DNA of 61,420 nucleotides, counting the filler, from Sphacelaria rigidula (taxonomy: Eukaryota), in assembly GCA_964200075.2 (NCBI GenBank). It is 10 parts of 10 records of this genome, joined end to end, with 100 filler letters (N's around TTAATTAATTAA, not from the genome) between each part and the next. Parts side by side here need not be neighbours in the genome. Positions count along the whole stretch, not along the records: positions 49,217 to 55,268 come from CAXNAA020022566.1; positions 55,369 to 61,420 come from CAXNAA020022567.1; 8 more parts are not named here. One strand, given 5' to 3'. Shown here in pieces: positions 50,158 through 61,420 of the stretch; position 1 is the stretch's first letter, and each line of letters begins with the position of its first letter. The position numbers and the translations under genes were made by a program. The notes under the pieces were generated by a model. It searched no databases and had not been told where the DNA came from. It worked only from the letters and a program-made list of their open reading frames with translations.

Positions 50158-51774
50158 TAACTTTTTTAATATGTCAACGAAGGTCACCAGTGCCTGTGTT
50201 GGGGTATCGAAGACATGAAGCGCAAATACAATACATCAGCTCACAAAGAGAACGACGCATCAGCCGGTAAGAGTTTCTGTGTGTGTGTCAAAACCCGCTC
50301 TGCCGGGAATGAGGTGTCCTCAAACTTGGGGTAAGTGTGAATTTGTAACTTTCAAGTGAGGTGGTTTGGCAGTGCTGTTCGCCTGTTGCTGCTGTCTTTT
50401 GTTTTCTCGTGGCAGCAACTGTACGATACAATACACTGTACGTAATTTACATGTGCCTGAGGATAAACACAAGACCCACGCCATAACAGCTTCAGCCGCG
50501 AAACCAAGATTTTCCTGCTACCTTGTTCATTAAGGCCAGGGTAGACAACTTGACAAACCTGACGCCACGCTGCCGCTGCGTATCGTGGGTGGTGCTGGTG
50601 TGCGAGCGGTGTCATCCACACCTCCCAAGTTACAACAAATGTAGTGCACGAAAACAAGTATGTGCGTTCATACGCGCCTGGGAAACGCTGCGGACATTTT
50701 CAAGTACAACAGCCGCGTAATAGTATGAATCCCCTGACACCCCGAAATGCGACGTAGCAAACTATGTAGCCCATAGTCGCGCCTGTGCAACAAGAAAACG
50801 CGGCAAACTCTCGGACACGACCCGCTGTTGAGAGACACGATTTTGCACCCGCCCGAAGTTGTTTTACTCCATCAATATTTATGTTTCAGATGAATGGTGT
50901 TCTCTTCCGTGTCTTCCGTTGTCGAATAACAGTAATAACAGGTTACCTCTCGTCCTGTCGCCGAGTTCATTATACAGACGGGAAAGTGTATTATTTCGTG
51001 TAGTTTTCATTCGCGCTTGACTCACCTCAAACATAGACTATAGAACGCTCACTCCACTTCGAAGCAAAGTGCAACATCCGACAACGTTCCCGAACTTGTG
51101 TCAAAGTGCACGGATACCTACGTTTGATCCTGTCGGAAGTATGGATTTCTCACAATGTAAGGTCACAATAGTTAACATCGAGTGCGGCGATCAATTGCTC
51201 ATCTCCCGATCCCATCGTTTTTGACGAACTCAAGTGCAGTCATCGGTTAACCGCCTTCGTCTGTAGAACTTGCACGCGTATAACATATTATTACGTGCAC
51301 TATCTTCATCCTCCTCTGTATTTCCCCCCCCTGCATTGATTTTGACGTGTGCGCTACATGTCTCAGCTAATTGATCGTCAATGCAATGGGTGAGAGCAGT
51401 CAGCACAACAACGGAAACACAGATAGCTGCTTGTCTGCACATGTGTACGACCGAATTATCTTATGTGGAGTCGGCGGTGCGGATATCAAAATGAATACGT
51501 TCAAAATTCACCCATTCAACGATATTTCGCCGCGAGAGCGGTCGGGTTACGATAAGCCGGGTCACATCACCTCGGGTCTTGTGTAGGCTGCCGTGGCTTG
51601 GACTCGGGTGGGTTTCTAGCTGATATGGCGTGCGTTTGGGCACGTGAGGGATTGGGTAGCGAGGTCCGGGTTGGCGGGTGGATTGATAGAGGGTAATGTC
51701 GGCATGACTTGTGGGTGCTGAATGTTCAAGTTCAGCTATCCAGGATGGGACGTGTACATAACAAAGAAATATTG

Positions 51775-53380
51775 CACACGTCGGACATCTCATGAGTTTA
51801 CTCAGTTACGTTGTATAACTCACCCAGCGAGAGGTGGATCGCTGAATTGTAGTTTATACCTCACCCAACCAGAATGACCACCGCGGAGTGATCCTGCTAT
51901 TACTCACTGATGAGTTAATGGAAAATGAGTTATGAAGAACATCTCACCGACCCACAGCATGCAAAACGCAGTGATCGATACTTGTCATTCATGTAACAGG
52001 AAACGCGTGATCACGCCGCACGTCTGCTAGTACACGTAGCGTGAGAAGCCTCGGAGTGTATACGTATATATCAATACTGCCGCAGGTGTGATATGAAGAC
52101 ATGTACATCATACGGTTTGTTTTCTGAAGGGGGGTCTGGGGGGGGGATCCATGTGCCGTAGCACCGTTGGAGTTCGTGGTGAAGGCCATAGCCGACGATC
52201 GTATCGTGTGTCGCATGCAAGGCAATTCTCTATGATCGTCGTGCACTCGCCGAGCATGTGAGTGTGTGTGAGGACATGTGTGTGGAAGGGGGGTGTCACA
52301 CAGACTGAGGGGTAAAGACGAATTATCTCAAAACTCAGAACTCAGAACACAAAAGGGAGTGATGTGGGCGTGTTATGAGTTGAGAGGTAAACATCAGTTA
52401 CCTCAGAACTCCGACCGCAATATTGGTCAGAACTCCGAACAAAACACTCAGTGAGATGGCTGTGTTACATGAGTTCAGGGGTGAAGGTGAGCTATCTCAA
52501 AACTCATAACACAAAAGTAAGAGGTACTTCGTACATAATATATGTGTCCAGAATATGAGACGTTTCAGAACTAAAAACACATATACCTGAGCTCCACATC
52601 AGTTTTCTCTTTCTGTGATTTTCATTCTACACGTCACTCGGCCAGAATGTGCACCGCTAAGTTATAGTTTATACTTGAGTGATACTACGGCAGCGGTGCA
52701 CAAATAGTTTCTGAGGTTAAAAATTGCTAGGAGCCCTGTATCTCATCCAAAGCACCACTTACGAAGAATGAGAGTACGCCAGGATTGCTATTTCAATGTG
52801 CTAGAGATATCCCGAATGATTATGCAAACGGGGATGCCCTGACCTCTATTCTTGTGCAATCTAGAATCGTTAGCAGCCCCTGAACCAGACACGATTTCGC
52901 GCAAAAGTGCACCCCTTCCGTAGTATTGGTCACCTCACCTGACGAATGCATGTATCGATGAGTTATAGTGTATAAGCCACCCGGCCAGAATGTGAACCGC
53001 TGACTTTTAGTATATAACTCACCTGACCAAGATAATATGCGTCGATTGGTAAGAGTTTATATCTAACCCGGTTAGAATGTGCACCGCTGAATTATACTGT
53101 AAACCTCACCTGGCCAAGATATGCATCGGTGAGTTCAGTTTATAAATCACCTGATCAAGATATGCATCGATGACTTAAAGTTTATTACCCGCACGGCCGG
53201 AGTTTGCACCGCTGAGTTTTAGTTTATAAGTCACCTGGCCAAATTTCGAATCGCTAAGCTATGCTGTATAGCTCACCCGGCCAGAATGGGCATCGCTGAG
53301 TGATGCTGTTATACATCACTGGTGGGTTTTGCGAAAAAGAGTTCACTCGCTTTGACCTGAGTTGAGTTGTCCGACTTGTC
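51775..53380 (+). mobile_element. Non-autonomous hAT/P-like element (1.6 kb) with minisatellite arrays, 8-bp TSD
   Basis: Ends CACACGTCGGACATCTC / GAGTTGTCCGACTTGTC; flanks AAATATTG / AAATACTG; ~40-bp tandem array at 52630-53330. Confidence 0.8.
52677..52931. mobile_element. Nested, older Sola-like MITE (255 bp)
   Basis: Ends GAGTGATACTACGGCAGCGGTGCAC / GTGCACCCCTTCCGTAGTATTGGTC resemble the 19258-19503 TIR; flanks ACTT / ACCT; interrupts the minisatellite. Confidence 0.55.
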
Positions 53381-53471
53381 AAATACTGAGCATGCATCGA
53401 AGACCAACCCCGTCATGTAGTCAGGGTCCATCAATCATATCTGTCCCGTTATACATTTGACTCCCTACCAG

Positions 53472-53924
53472 GTAATCTACGACGTGGACGATGACAATGC
53501 CTTGATAAACCCTGGAGAGGGCGTACCGCACGCTGATCCAGCGCATGAGAGTCAGCCGTTGTATTTCTCCGGGGCATCATCGACCGTGGTGCACAATCCT
53601 TATCCTTGTTTCGGAGGCAGTGGAAATTCCTGGCCTCGCGGGTTCCCTCTCGATGCCATCAACGATGGCATGTCATCACTGTGCGACGTTGCAGCTCCTG
53701 CCTCAACGCTCTCCAAGAAGAGCGTTCCTAAAAAACTTGCGGTGGTGCAGGCTCTCGCAAACCATGATCCTGACGTCGACGCTATCTACAGGCTGACATA
53801 TCCCCCGGGGGGGCTGCCGTTTGACTTCGATGATTCACCGACGACGTTGCCCGGGCACGCAGAGAAGGATCTTAGCCTTCTCAGAGGTGTTCCTGAGGGT
53901 GCTCTGACGCCTTATAACGCGCAG
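53472..53924 (+). CDS. Exon of STELLO-like (DUF288) glycosyltransferase
   Basis: IYDVDDDN, NPYPCFG, WPRGFPL, QALANHDPDVDAIYRLT and PYNAQ motifs typical of STELLO/DUF288; 453 bp, phase 0, CAG/GTATGT. Confidence 0.9.
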
Positions 53925-53939
53925 GTATGTGGGAGTAGT

Positions 53940-54187
53940 GGCTGATACCGCAACAACGCCCCACACACCAGCCCCAAAACTATCAAGAAGGAAATTGCCC
54001 TAATACGCATAATGCCGGATTTCAGACTGCATGAGGCACCTCATATGAACACTGACGAAACCGATCCCAATCGCGGGAGTTCCCAGCGGCTCGGTTTCCT
54101 AAGCTTTTGTCATCTTGATATACATGTTGATTTTGCCTCCCCAAACCTGTCACACTATTTCTTGGGGGGGCTATCGCGGCATCAACC
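53940..54187. mobile_element. Degenerate intronic MITE (248 bp) of the ...GATAGCCCCC TIR group
   Basis: Ends GGCTGATACCGCAAC / GGGGCTATCGCGGCATCAACC; flanks TAGT / TAGC. Same terminus occurs at ~30392-30420. Confidence 0.5.
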
Positions 54188-54194
54188 TAGCCCA

Positions 54195-54487
54195 CACGGG
54201 TGGCCACTGGGGTCTGTAACCTGGCCATTTTGGGACCTTATCTACCTTTGGTAAGGTCCGCGGATCGGGTAAACAACTGAGGAGCATTCGCATAGCATGG
54301 ACAGGATCGAAACAGAACATGTTCCAGTCTATAGGCGGGTGACTCCCCTGTAGACTTGAACATGTTTTGTTTCGATCCTGTCCATGCTGTGCGAATGCTC
54401 TCCAGTTATCGACCTAATCCGCGGACCTCACCAAATGTGGATAAGGTCCCAAAAAGGTCAGGTTACAGACCCCAGTGGCCACCCGTG
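54195..54487. repeat. Intronic long hairpin (foldback element), ~140-bp arms
   Basis: CACGGGTGGCCACTGGGGTCTGTAACCTG / CAGGTTACAGACCCCAGTGGCCACCCGTG and AGCATGGACAGGATCGAAACA / TGTTTCGATCCTGTCCATGCT, with a short loop near 54335-54346. Confidence 0.85.
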
Positions 54488-54625
54488 CACAGCTTGATTA
54501 TGCAACACGCAGTAAGTGCGGTAGGGTTTTCACCAAGCGCCCCAGTCACACGCAAGCCCTAGTATGCCTCATCCACATGAGCCGTGCTTACTCATCATAG
54601 ACGTTTCTTTCAAATTGTGTTCCAG

Positions 54626-54778
54626 GCTACACTCCACTTCTCGTCCGCGTTCTGGGGTATGCTGCTTCCCGTTACGGTGCACGGACGGGTGAGCGACATT
54701 TGGAGAAGCTACTTCACCCAAGCCCTTCTGCCGGCTGTGAACGCCGTTGTTGCCTTCGCTTTTCCCTCGGTAGCACAG
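54626..54778 (+). CDS. Exon of STELLO-like (DUF288) glycosyltransferase
   Basis: ATLHFSSAFWGMLLPVTVHGRVSDIWRSYFTQ; 153 bp, phase 0, CAG/GTGAGA; in frame with the preceding exon. Confidence 0.9.
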
Positions 54779-55074
54779 GTGAGAGGTCTTGTTTTGGACC
54801 ACATGACTTTATTTTAATATGATCTCCATGAGGTACGTCGCTATCACTACACCGACGCACCCGACGTTTGTCGCTGACGACGCGGGGTTTCTGTGTTTCA
54901 CGGACGCTTCCGTCCTTTTGAAGTGCTATCGATAAACACGATCACTAAATACGTACAATATGCACACGCGGCCATTCGGCTACCCCCATAAGGGGCCTCT
55001 ATCGCGATTTTCATCCTCTCGATGCTAAAATACCGCCTAGATGGTATTTCATCCCCAGGTGCGGTCATAAACGA

Positions 55075-55268
55075 ATCCTCTGGAGGAAATTTGATGCTCT
55101 AGAGACTACTGAAATCTGAATCCCCCGAGAGCAGCAAAAAAGATGGTGCTCTGGAGGGCCGCGCATCCTCCGAATTCCTACGGAGGGATGCGCGACCCTC
55201 CGAAGGCAAAACAAGCCTCTGGAGGCGTTTGATCCCACCCCTCTGGAGGGCCGCGCACCCTCTGGAGG
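55075..55268. repeat. CTCTGGAGG / GCCGCGCA-rich short repeat cluster running into the contig end
   Basis: Repeated CTCTGGAGG(GCCGCGCA) in direct and inverted orientation. Confidence 0.55.
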
Positions 55269-56089
55269 NNNNNNNNNNNNNNNNNNNNNNNNNNNNNNNN
55301 NNNNNNNNNNNNTTAATTAATTAANNNNNNNNNNNNNNNNNNNNNNNNNNNNNNNNNNNNNNNNNNNNTTAATTCACTGATTGACCGCTTTTCACTCTCA
55401 ATCGTATCATCTACTCTCAATCTCACGAAAACACTGTTAGACGCATTTGCAAGAGAAGATACTCCTTAGTCAAACGCCAAATGCAATGGGGTATCGGTGC
55501 TGTTATGGCAAGCACAGGCTCACTAGGCAAGGCAAGTGAACAGTCGACAGACAGTACAGCCAAGCCACAAGGTACTGTTCAGCGTACTCTCACACTGTGC
55601 ACCAGTCCCACACAAGACGTGTTCAAGTATACCAATATATCACGCGCAAGTTATGTCTTCTTCTTTATTGTCTGGTCTTGATCTTCCAGTATCCACTCAA
55701 TCAATCCAATCTCACGCTCAGTATATCAGTCTCACCGGTGTTAGACTTCTAGCTGAGAGAGGGGCAGTAGACGGTTGTGAAAGAGGGTGGCCCTCGCTTG
55801 CACAAAGGCACGCTCGAGCCATCATTGTCTCTGCCATATACAAATTCACACTCGCACCTGACCACACTGAAGAGACCTGCAGTCATGGGTCTTAGAATAC
55901 CCTAAATGCAAATATCCAGACTCATCAACGGGTCTGAGGCGGCATGGCAACAGGCTAATATGCGTCTTCATGACAGGCGACAATAGATGCGGGACAAGGC
56001 ACGGAATGTATCATTGCCGTGATAATAGAGGGGCCACGTTGTCTATCGATACACTGTATTTGTTGCGAGAGGCTCTGAATTACGGCTGC

Positions 56090-56720
56090 CAATATCTATT
56101 GCTAATCACAATATGATCTGCCACGAGACCACCAATACATATTGTTGGTCACGATGGGATATCAATTGCGCCCACCTATGTCTTTTGAGGGTCACAACAG
56201 AATCTGAATCGCGGCCACCTATGCTTACCGCTGGTCACAACGTAATCTGAATCGTGGCTACTAATACCTATTGCTGGCCACAACAGAAGCTGAATGACGT
56301 CGATCACTAGCGCTATGCATGCACATATTTCGTATCGTTGGCGTCACTGGCCATCGATAGGTGCTCCGAGGAACAATCGATTGCTGACGGCAATGCCCAT
56401 TTTGATTATACCAGAAAATGCCTTGTTAGCAGCAGAGGCTACCGATTGACGGCTCACCAATCTATGTATGACGGCAATAGGTATTGATGGATGGCTCACC
56501 TAACTAGCCTATTGATGACAGCAATGATTGTCGTTGAAAGGCTCACCAAATCTTTTGATTGTGGCAATGGCTATCGATATGCACATCCCAGAATCTATTG
56601 CGGTACACGATGTCCATAGATGACGAGTAATCTCTATCTCTTGTAATTACCATAGACTATCGATCGACTATTGCAACATCTATTGTCCCTTGCAATACAT
56701 ATCAATACATGTTTTTCACC
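56090..56720. repeat. Degenerate ~44-bp minisatellite
   Basis: Units like GGTCACAACAGAATCTGAATCGCGGCCACCTATGC at ~56147, 56190, 56234 and 56277, followed by GACGGCAAT / GGCTCACC units. Confidence 0.5.
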
Positions 56721-57928
56721 ATCTGTCGTGTTCAACAATAAATATCGATAGGTTTCCCCCCGTGTCTGTTGCTGAAGCAATGGACCATTATTGTGCCCGT
56801 TGTCCAGAGTGTGCAGTGGATAGGACTGCAGAGGTTGTGCAGTGGCTGTGAGTGAGGTCAACTTACTTCTACCGTAAAAGCAATTTGCGATCATGTTATT
56901 CGGGGGCGCTTATTTCGCTAAGAAAGCATGACACACAGTCTTTCTGAAAGGAGATAACTGTAGGAGAGTAGAGAGAGAGGGAAAAGATGAGAACCACCAT
57001 CTCTAAGATGCGATTCTTCGCGAGACACGGAACAGTTCTGCATCAGAGTAATGCTGCGATAGGGTCTGCGCTTTTGCGGCCTGAGAGGAAATCGGGATTT
57101 AGGCATGTCGAATCACCTTTGACTCTCACCACAGTTCTTAGAGCCTCAGGGTGGAACACGCATCCATGACCCATGAGATAATTCCAGTCTGAGGTTCGGG
57201 CGGAGGTCACAATGTTCTCAGATATTGAATTTTCTCAGGCCGGTTTTGACCCCAAAAGTGCAGACCCTATCGCAGCATCACTCATTATTGGACGTACGTC
57301 AACTCAGATTATATCATGTGAATGGCTGATGTATTGTCGTGTCAACGTTTATTACAGTATATATACTGCAAGGTACGTATATTATTTTCTTAGCTACAGC
57401 ATCCTACTGCAATCCTGTGGGTACATTATACATCTCAGTTCGCCGAGAATCTCCTTACCTACGTGGAAGATCTAAGAGATGTACTGGGCGCTACACGGGT
57501 AAAGGTTTCGTGAAACCGTCACAAGTTCTACCGCAAGTTGCTGTACAGCTGAATTTCATTCATAAAAACAATACCTAGACTACGTACTCTGTCTCATTAT
57601 CCAACACGTTACGAGTATCCACTTGTATATCTTCACCCAACTTTACAGGAAAGTTTATGCATGGTTGCCCAAGTCAAGCATACACCGCCAGGCAAAACTT
57701 GAGGGCTAAAAGACATCCCGGCGCATCTCATACCCTCATATCTCGGGAAGATCTTGGAAATATGCCCTAGGGGTAGGGATTACGGTTTACTAATCCCTAC
57801 ACCAAGAGGCCTCCGAAAACCTCAGGGTTCATGCACAAAAACGTAGCATCATCATGATAATACCCTTTTTGAAATGTTGCCGCGTCTTGTTGTGTTCGTC
57901 GTTGATTCGGTGCCTATGCCAATGCGAG

Positions 57929-58209
57929 GACACTTTCTACGATAGCCCCCCCCCCAAAAAAAGTGCATGGTTTTGGGAGGCAAAACCTTCACGTAAATCG
58001 AAAGGGGATTCCCACGCTTGGGTTCGTTCTAGCCAATGTCGCCAATATGAGGCGCTTCATGCANNNNNNNNNNCTTCTGTTCCTTCCAGCCACTGTCGCC
58101 AATATGAGGCGCTTCATGCAGCCTGAGCCCGAACATCAGGCGCTGTATTGCCATTTGTTTCGTGACACTTTTAGCTGGGTTTTGGGGGAGGGCTATCTTA
58201 GAAAGTGTC
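57929..58209. mobile_element. MITE, GACACTTTCTACGATAGCCCC TIR family, 4-bp TSD CGAG
   Basis: CGAG at 57925-57928 and 58210-58213; homologous to 27030-27282; contains a 10-N gap. Confidence 0.85.
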
Positions 58210-58719
58210 CGAGCCAAGAACGATCGGTACCTTGAATGCTAGGGCGCGGCAGATGCACTCAGTTTGTTGTCGAGCCTGAATCTAAGCGCGCAGCAACCTG
58301 AACCATACAGTTCTACAATACGATCCGAGCAGCATGTTTGGCAATGGAACACGCGGCAGGCTGATATCATTTTAGGTTAACCGACTACCCTCTGTATCAC
58401 CCTGAGCAAGAGCGCAACCTCGCTTCTTAGCACCTACGAGAAACATTCCCTGTAACGGCTTTCGAAATATTCGGTTCCAGATCAATCGCCGTAAATATGC
58501 TGTACTGGACATCATCGCTCTGGACCGATTTTATTCCCCTGTGGAGAGAAAGTTTACGTGAAACATAGGGACCTGCTACTTGCCTCCATGTTGATGAACT
58601 CTGCCTCTTCACTTATATCACGCGTCATGATATACCTCGATACCGCCGTCTCCGCCCAACAACCCCGAAAGATATTTGAACCAGAATGTCGTGAGTGCTC
58701 TGAGGCTGTTCTATATCAA

Positions 58720-58947
58720 CGGCTTTTTATTTTCATCCATTTTCATCCGTTTACATCCCATTTTCACGGATAATGAATTTATGGGTGAAAAGTAAAAGGG
58801 ATGCGCTGACGGACGAACGTATGGATCAAAATCGACAAAAATCGACGAGAATCGATGTACAGGGATGGAGATGAATAAAAGTGGATGAAAGTGGATGGAA
58901 TTAGATGGAAGTAGATGAAAATGGGTGAAGTAATGAAAATAAAGCCG
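58720..58947. mobile_element. Small foldback element with (TTTCATCCA)-like subterminal repeats
   Basis: CGGCTTTTTATTTTCAT / ATGAAAATAAAGCCG ends; TTCATCC units on the left and GGATGAA units on the right. Confidence 0.5.
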
Positions 58948-59818
58948 GCAAGTGACGCTCCTCATAAACCGAGTAGAATCGGAATGACCGATGCTACACA
59001 AATATCCCTGGATGCTGTGGATCATGTTGGAAAAAACGACGTTGTACCGAAGTTCTCACCGATGTTCCGTGTATTTTCTCCTGATGGCGCACAGGAGATT
59101 CCGATGCTAATATACCGATGCGACGGAAAGGTGGGCATCTCGTTTTCGACCGGCCACTCGCAGGCTATCTGGCTACGAGGAGAAGTGAGTAAAGAAGCCG
59201 ACGAAGCTTACGCGTCATATAGAGTGAACGTGTGAAAACTCGTTTCGGGGTTTTGGGATTGACCGGGCGTGTTGTAGTCACGTTGCGAGATGAGCTGAGC
59301 ACAGCTTTGTTTTTCTTTCAAGAACGGTCTCCATCTTCCCCAGACTTCGGCAACGAAGACAAGAGCGTGTTGATCATCTTACCCGTGTATCTTTGCAGCA
59401 GTGCCTTACTTGTATCATATTGTAGCAGCAGTTGGACTTGACACACATGCATGAGAAAGTGCACCAACCCATGGTCATGAAAGCATGCTTCATAACTCCA
59501 GTATACAACGACGCTGTCAACATCACTCCCGTATGATAGTGTTTTCACTACCCTTCTTGGTATGTATCTCAGACCCTGGTCAAGAATATCGGCGCAGCTT
59601 CGCAGAATTGTTCCTATAGCCGTACGCACATATTTCGATTCCAGAAACTTGCGTTTCAATTAGAATGCTACATAATTGTGCATCGCCCGAACCAATCACT
59701 CGAGGTGCAGGGATTGACCTTCCCCTCCCCCCCCGCAAGCCCGGCTCTGTAAATGGTATGTTCTGCGTTCATCGTGTACCCGTGAACTGAGTTCTGGTCC
59801 ACCTTCCCACGTTATCAG

Positions 59819-60505
59819 GTATTGAGGCCTATGATCTCCATATCGCCGGCAACCCACTCCTTCGGCCCAATCCACACTGAACGTAAGGGAGGTGCTACTT
59901 TATTCCTTGGAAACCCCACCTACGTCGATGCGGAGTGGTCCTTGTCGCACATCCCCGCACCTCCACCAAAGTACCGTCGTTCACTTTCAGGGGCTGCCAC
60001 CTCTACCGCTGCGTGTCGTTCAAGCAGAGGATGCTCACAGCAAGATGGCAAATCATCAACTCCGTGTGGTAGTGGCAGCGACTTGATAGAAGCAGTCGAT
60101 ACCAACAAACGCCTGGGCTCAGGCAGCGACAACCGCAGTGATGTGGAAATAATAGCGAGCAATGGATCTCTCAGTAGAGCAGATTGGGCAAACGGTGGTA
60201 TTGATCATGATGCTCCCTTAGTGGCGTCTTCGTTAGCAAACGGTGAAGTACGGGGGGAGGGCCGAGGGCACGCTGGAAGCTCGCACATACGCGGTAGCAG
60301 TATTTCGGGTGGTGGCGGGAAGTTGCCCCAGCAACACCAACGCAAAACGAGGAAGTCAAGGAAAGATACTGCCGATGCTGCACCAGGGTTCGTGGATGAT
60401 CCTACTGTGTTTTTCTTCAAGGAAACGAGTGGAACGTGTGTGGGTGTTAAACTTCCGCTGTCGTCCTCGGCAGCGTGTCTGCCTGAAGACTGGAATCGGT
60501 TGGAG
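59819..60505 (+). CDS. Exon of probable flagellar ASH/Ig-like domain protein (DLEC1-like C-terminal region)
   Basis: 687-bp phase-0 exon (TCAG/GTGAAG): VLRPMISISPATHSFGPIH...LFLGNPTYVDAEWSLSH, a low-complexity insert, then DDPTVFFF...SG. Family call is from recalled motif pattern only. Confidence 0.55.
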
Positions 60506-61420
60506 GTGAAGGGACCATACAAACGTTTTTGTACAGACTTTACGCACTGTTGATTGAAGGCCAGTAGCACCGACCGGTCAGAAGATGCGCCGCAAGGTAA
60601 CGCGATCCTTGCGCGTGAGTTTTGCACCGCACTGTCGTGCAGCTCGTGGGCATATTGACCGCGTTCGGATATTTACTCAGCATTCTCTAAGCGACAATGC
60701 TTTAGAATATACTGTTGACTATGTATGTGTTGACCATGCTTCAACTTTCGCATCATGGTGTGGTGACAACGTTTTGCAGCCGTTCGCATCGATGGGTTAT
60801 TTGCATTACACAGGAGCCGACGTGGCCTCAACAGCCAACACGGATAACTTGGGGTGGGATTAATGGCAGCGTGGTCCAGCGAGTAACTCATCGTGAAGGA
60901 GATCGACAACATCGACACGGTGGACCACATGGGGATTTAGGCGAGAATCGTGGACTGTCCTATTTTTCCTCAGCGTGGTCAAAATCAATTAGGGTGTACG
61001 GCACGTGTATGTACGCTACAAGCCATACCCTGATGACGTGAGAACTCAAACTCAATACCCTATACGTACTCTACTGTAGCTTCATATCGCAACGAATAGT
61101 TTTTTGCGGCTGTATACCGGGCGGTTGACTGCATCTCAAGGTTTCGAGGTCAGCAACGGAACCATCGGAGGCGACCCCGCACCCTCACACTATTCGAAAC
61201 ATGGCCCATGAGTAATTCACCTTGTAACGGTGCTGTAAGATCCCCTACTTTGTCATTGAAAGGAGGTTACAACATGTGGCTGTCAGCATCATTTATCTTG
61301 GATACACATAGGTCGCCTGGTCGTGGCATTATTCTTCCACTTGTAAACTAAACAAGTGGCTGCCAATAACAGCCGATCATCTATGTTGAGGATGGTGCTT
61401 TTCATTGAGGATGAGAACCC

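Noticed and set aside
59318..59659. Copia RNase H tail (KYVRT...ADILDQGL)
   Set aside because: A single weak motif without supporting neighbours.
53472..60505. STELLO exons and the 59819 exon as one gene, or any cross-contig gene cluster
   Set aside because: Separated by an artificial spacer at 55269-55368; contigs are not known to be adjacent.

Overview
This window is not one locus. It is ten contigs of exactly 6052 bp joined by nine identical 100-nt spacers (N44-TTAATTAATTAA-N44), so nothing can be inferred across a spacer. The DNA is eukaryotic, intron-rich and dominated by repeats. Exon style and repeat content suggest a brown alga or a related stramenopile (inference). Host genes appear only as spliced exon fragments: a KLHDC4-like kelch protein, an ankyrin-repeat protein, a STELLO/DUF288-like glycosyltransferase, a probable DLEC1/ASH-type flagellar protein and a possible SPFH protein. 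Retroelements include a decayed RTE-type LINE and a non-autonomous chromodomain Ty3/gypsy element with near-identical LTRs but no room for RT/RNase H. There are also copia remnants and tRNA-derived SINEs. MITEs are numerous: a group with 4-bp TSDs (Sola-like), a group with 8-bp TSDs (hAT/P-like) and a piggyBac-like element. One whole contig is a 327-bp dimeric satellite with a 981-bp higher-order duplication. Another contig holds a >4 kb intronless multi-ORF region ending in a gag-like zinc knuckle. The best candidates for undescribed biology are that multi-ORF element, the dimeric satellite, the ~250-bp 4-bp-TSD MITE radiation and a very short G-headed dispersed repeat. No prokaryotic system (CRISPR, operon) is supported.
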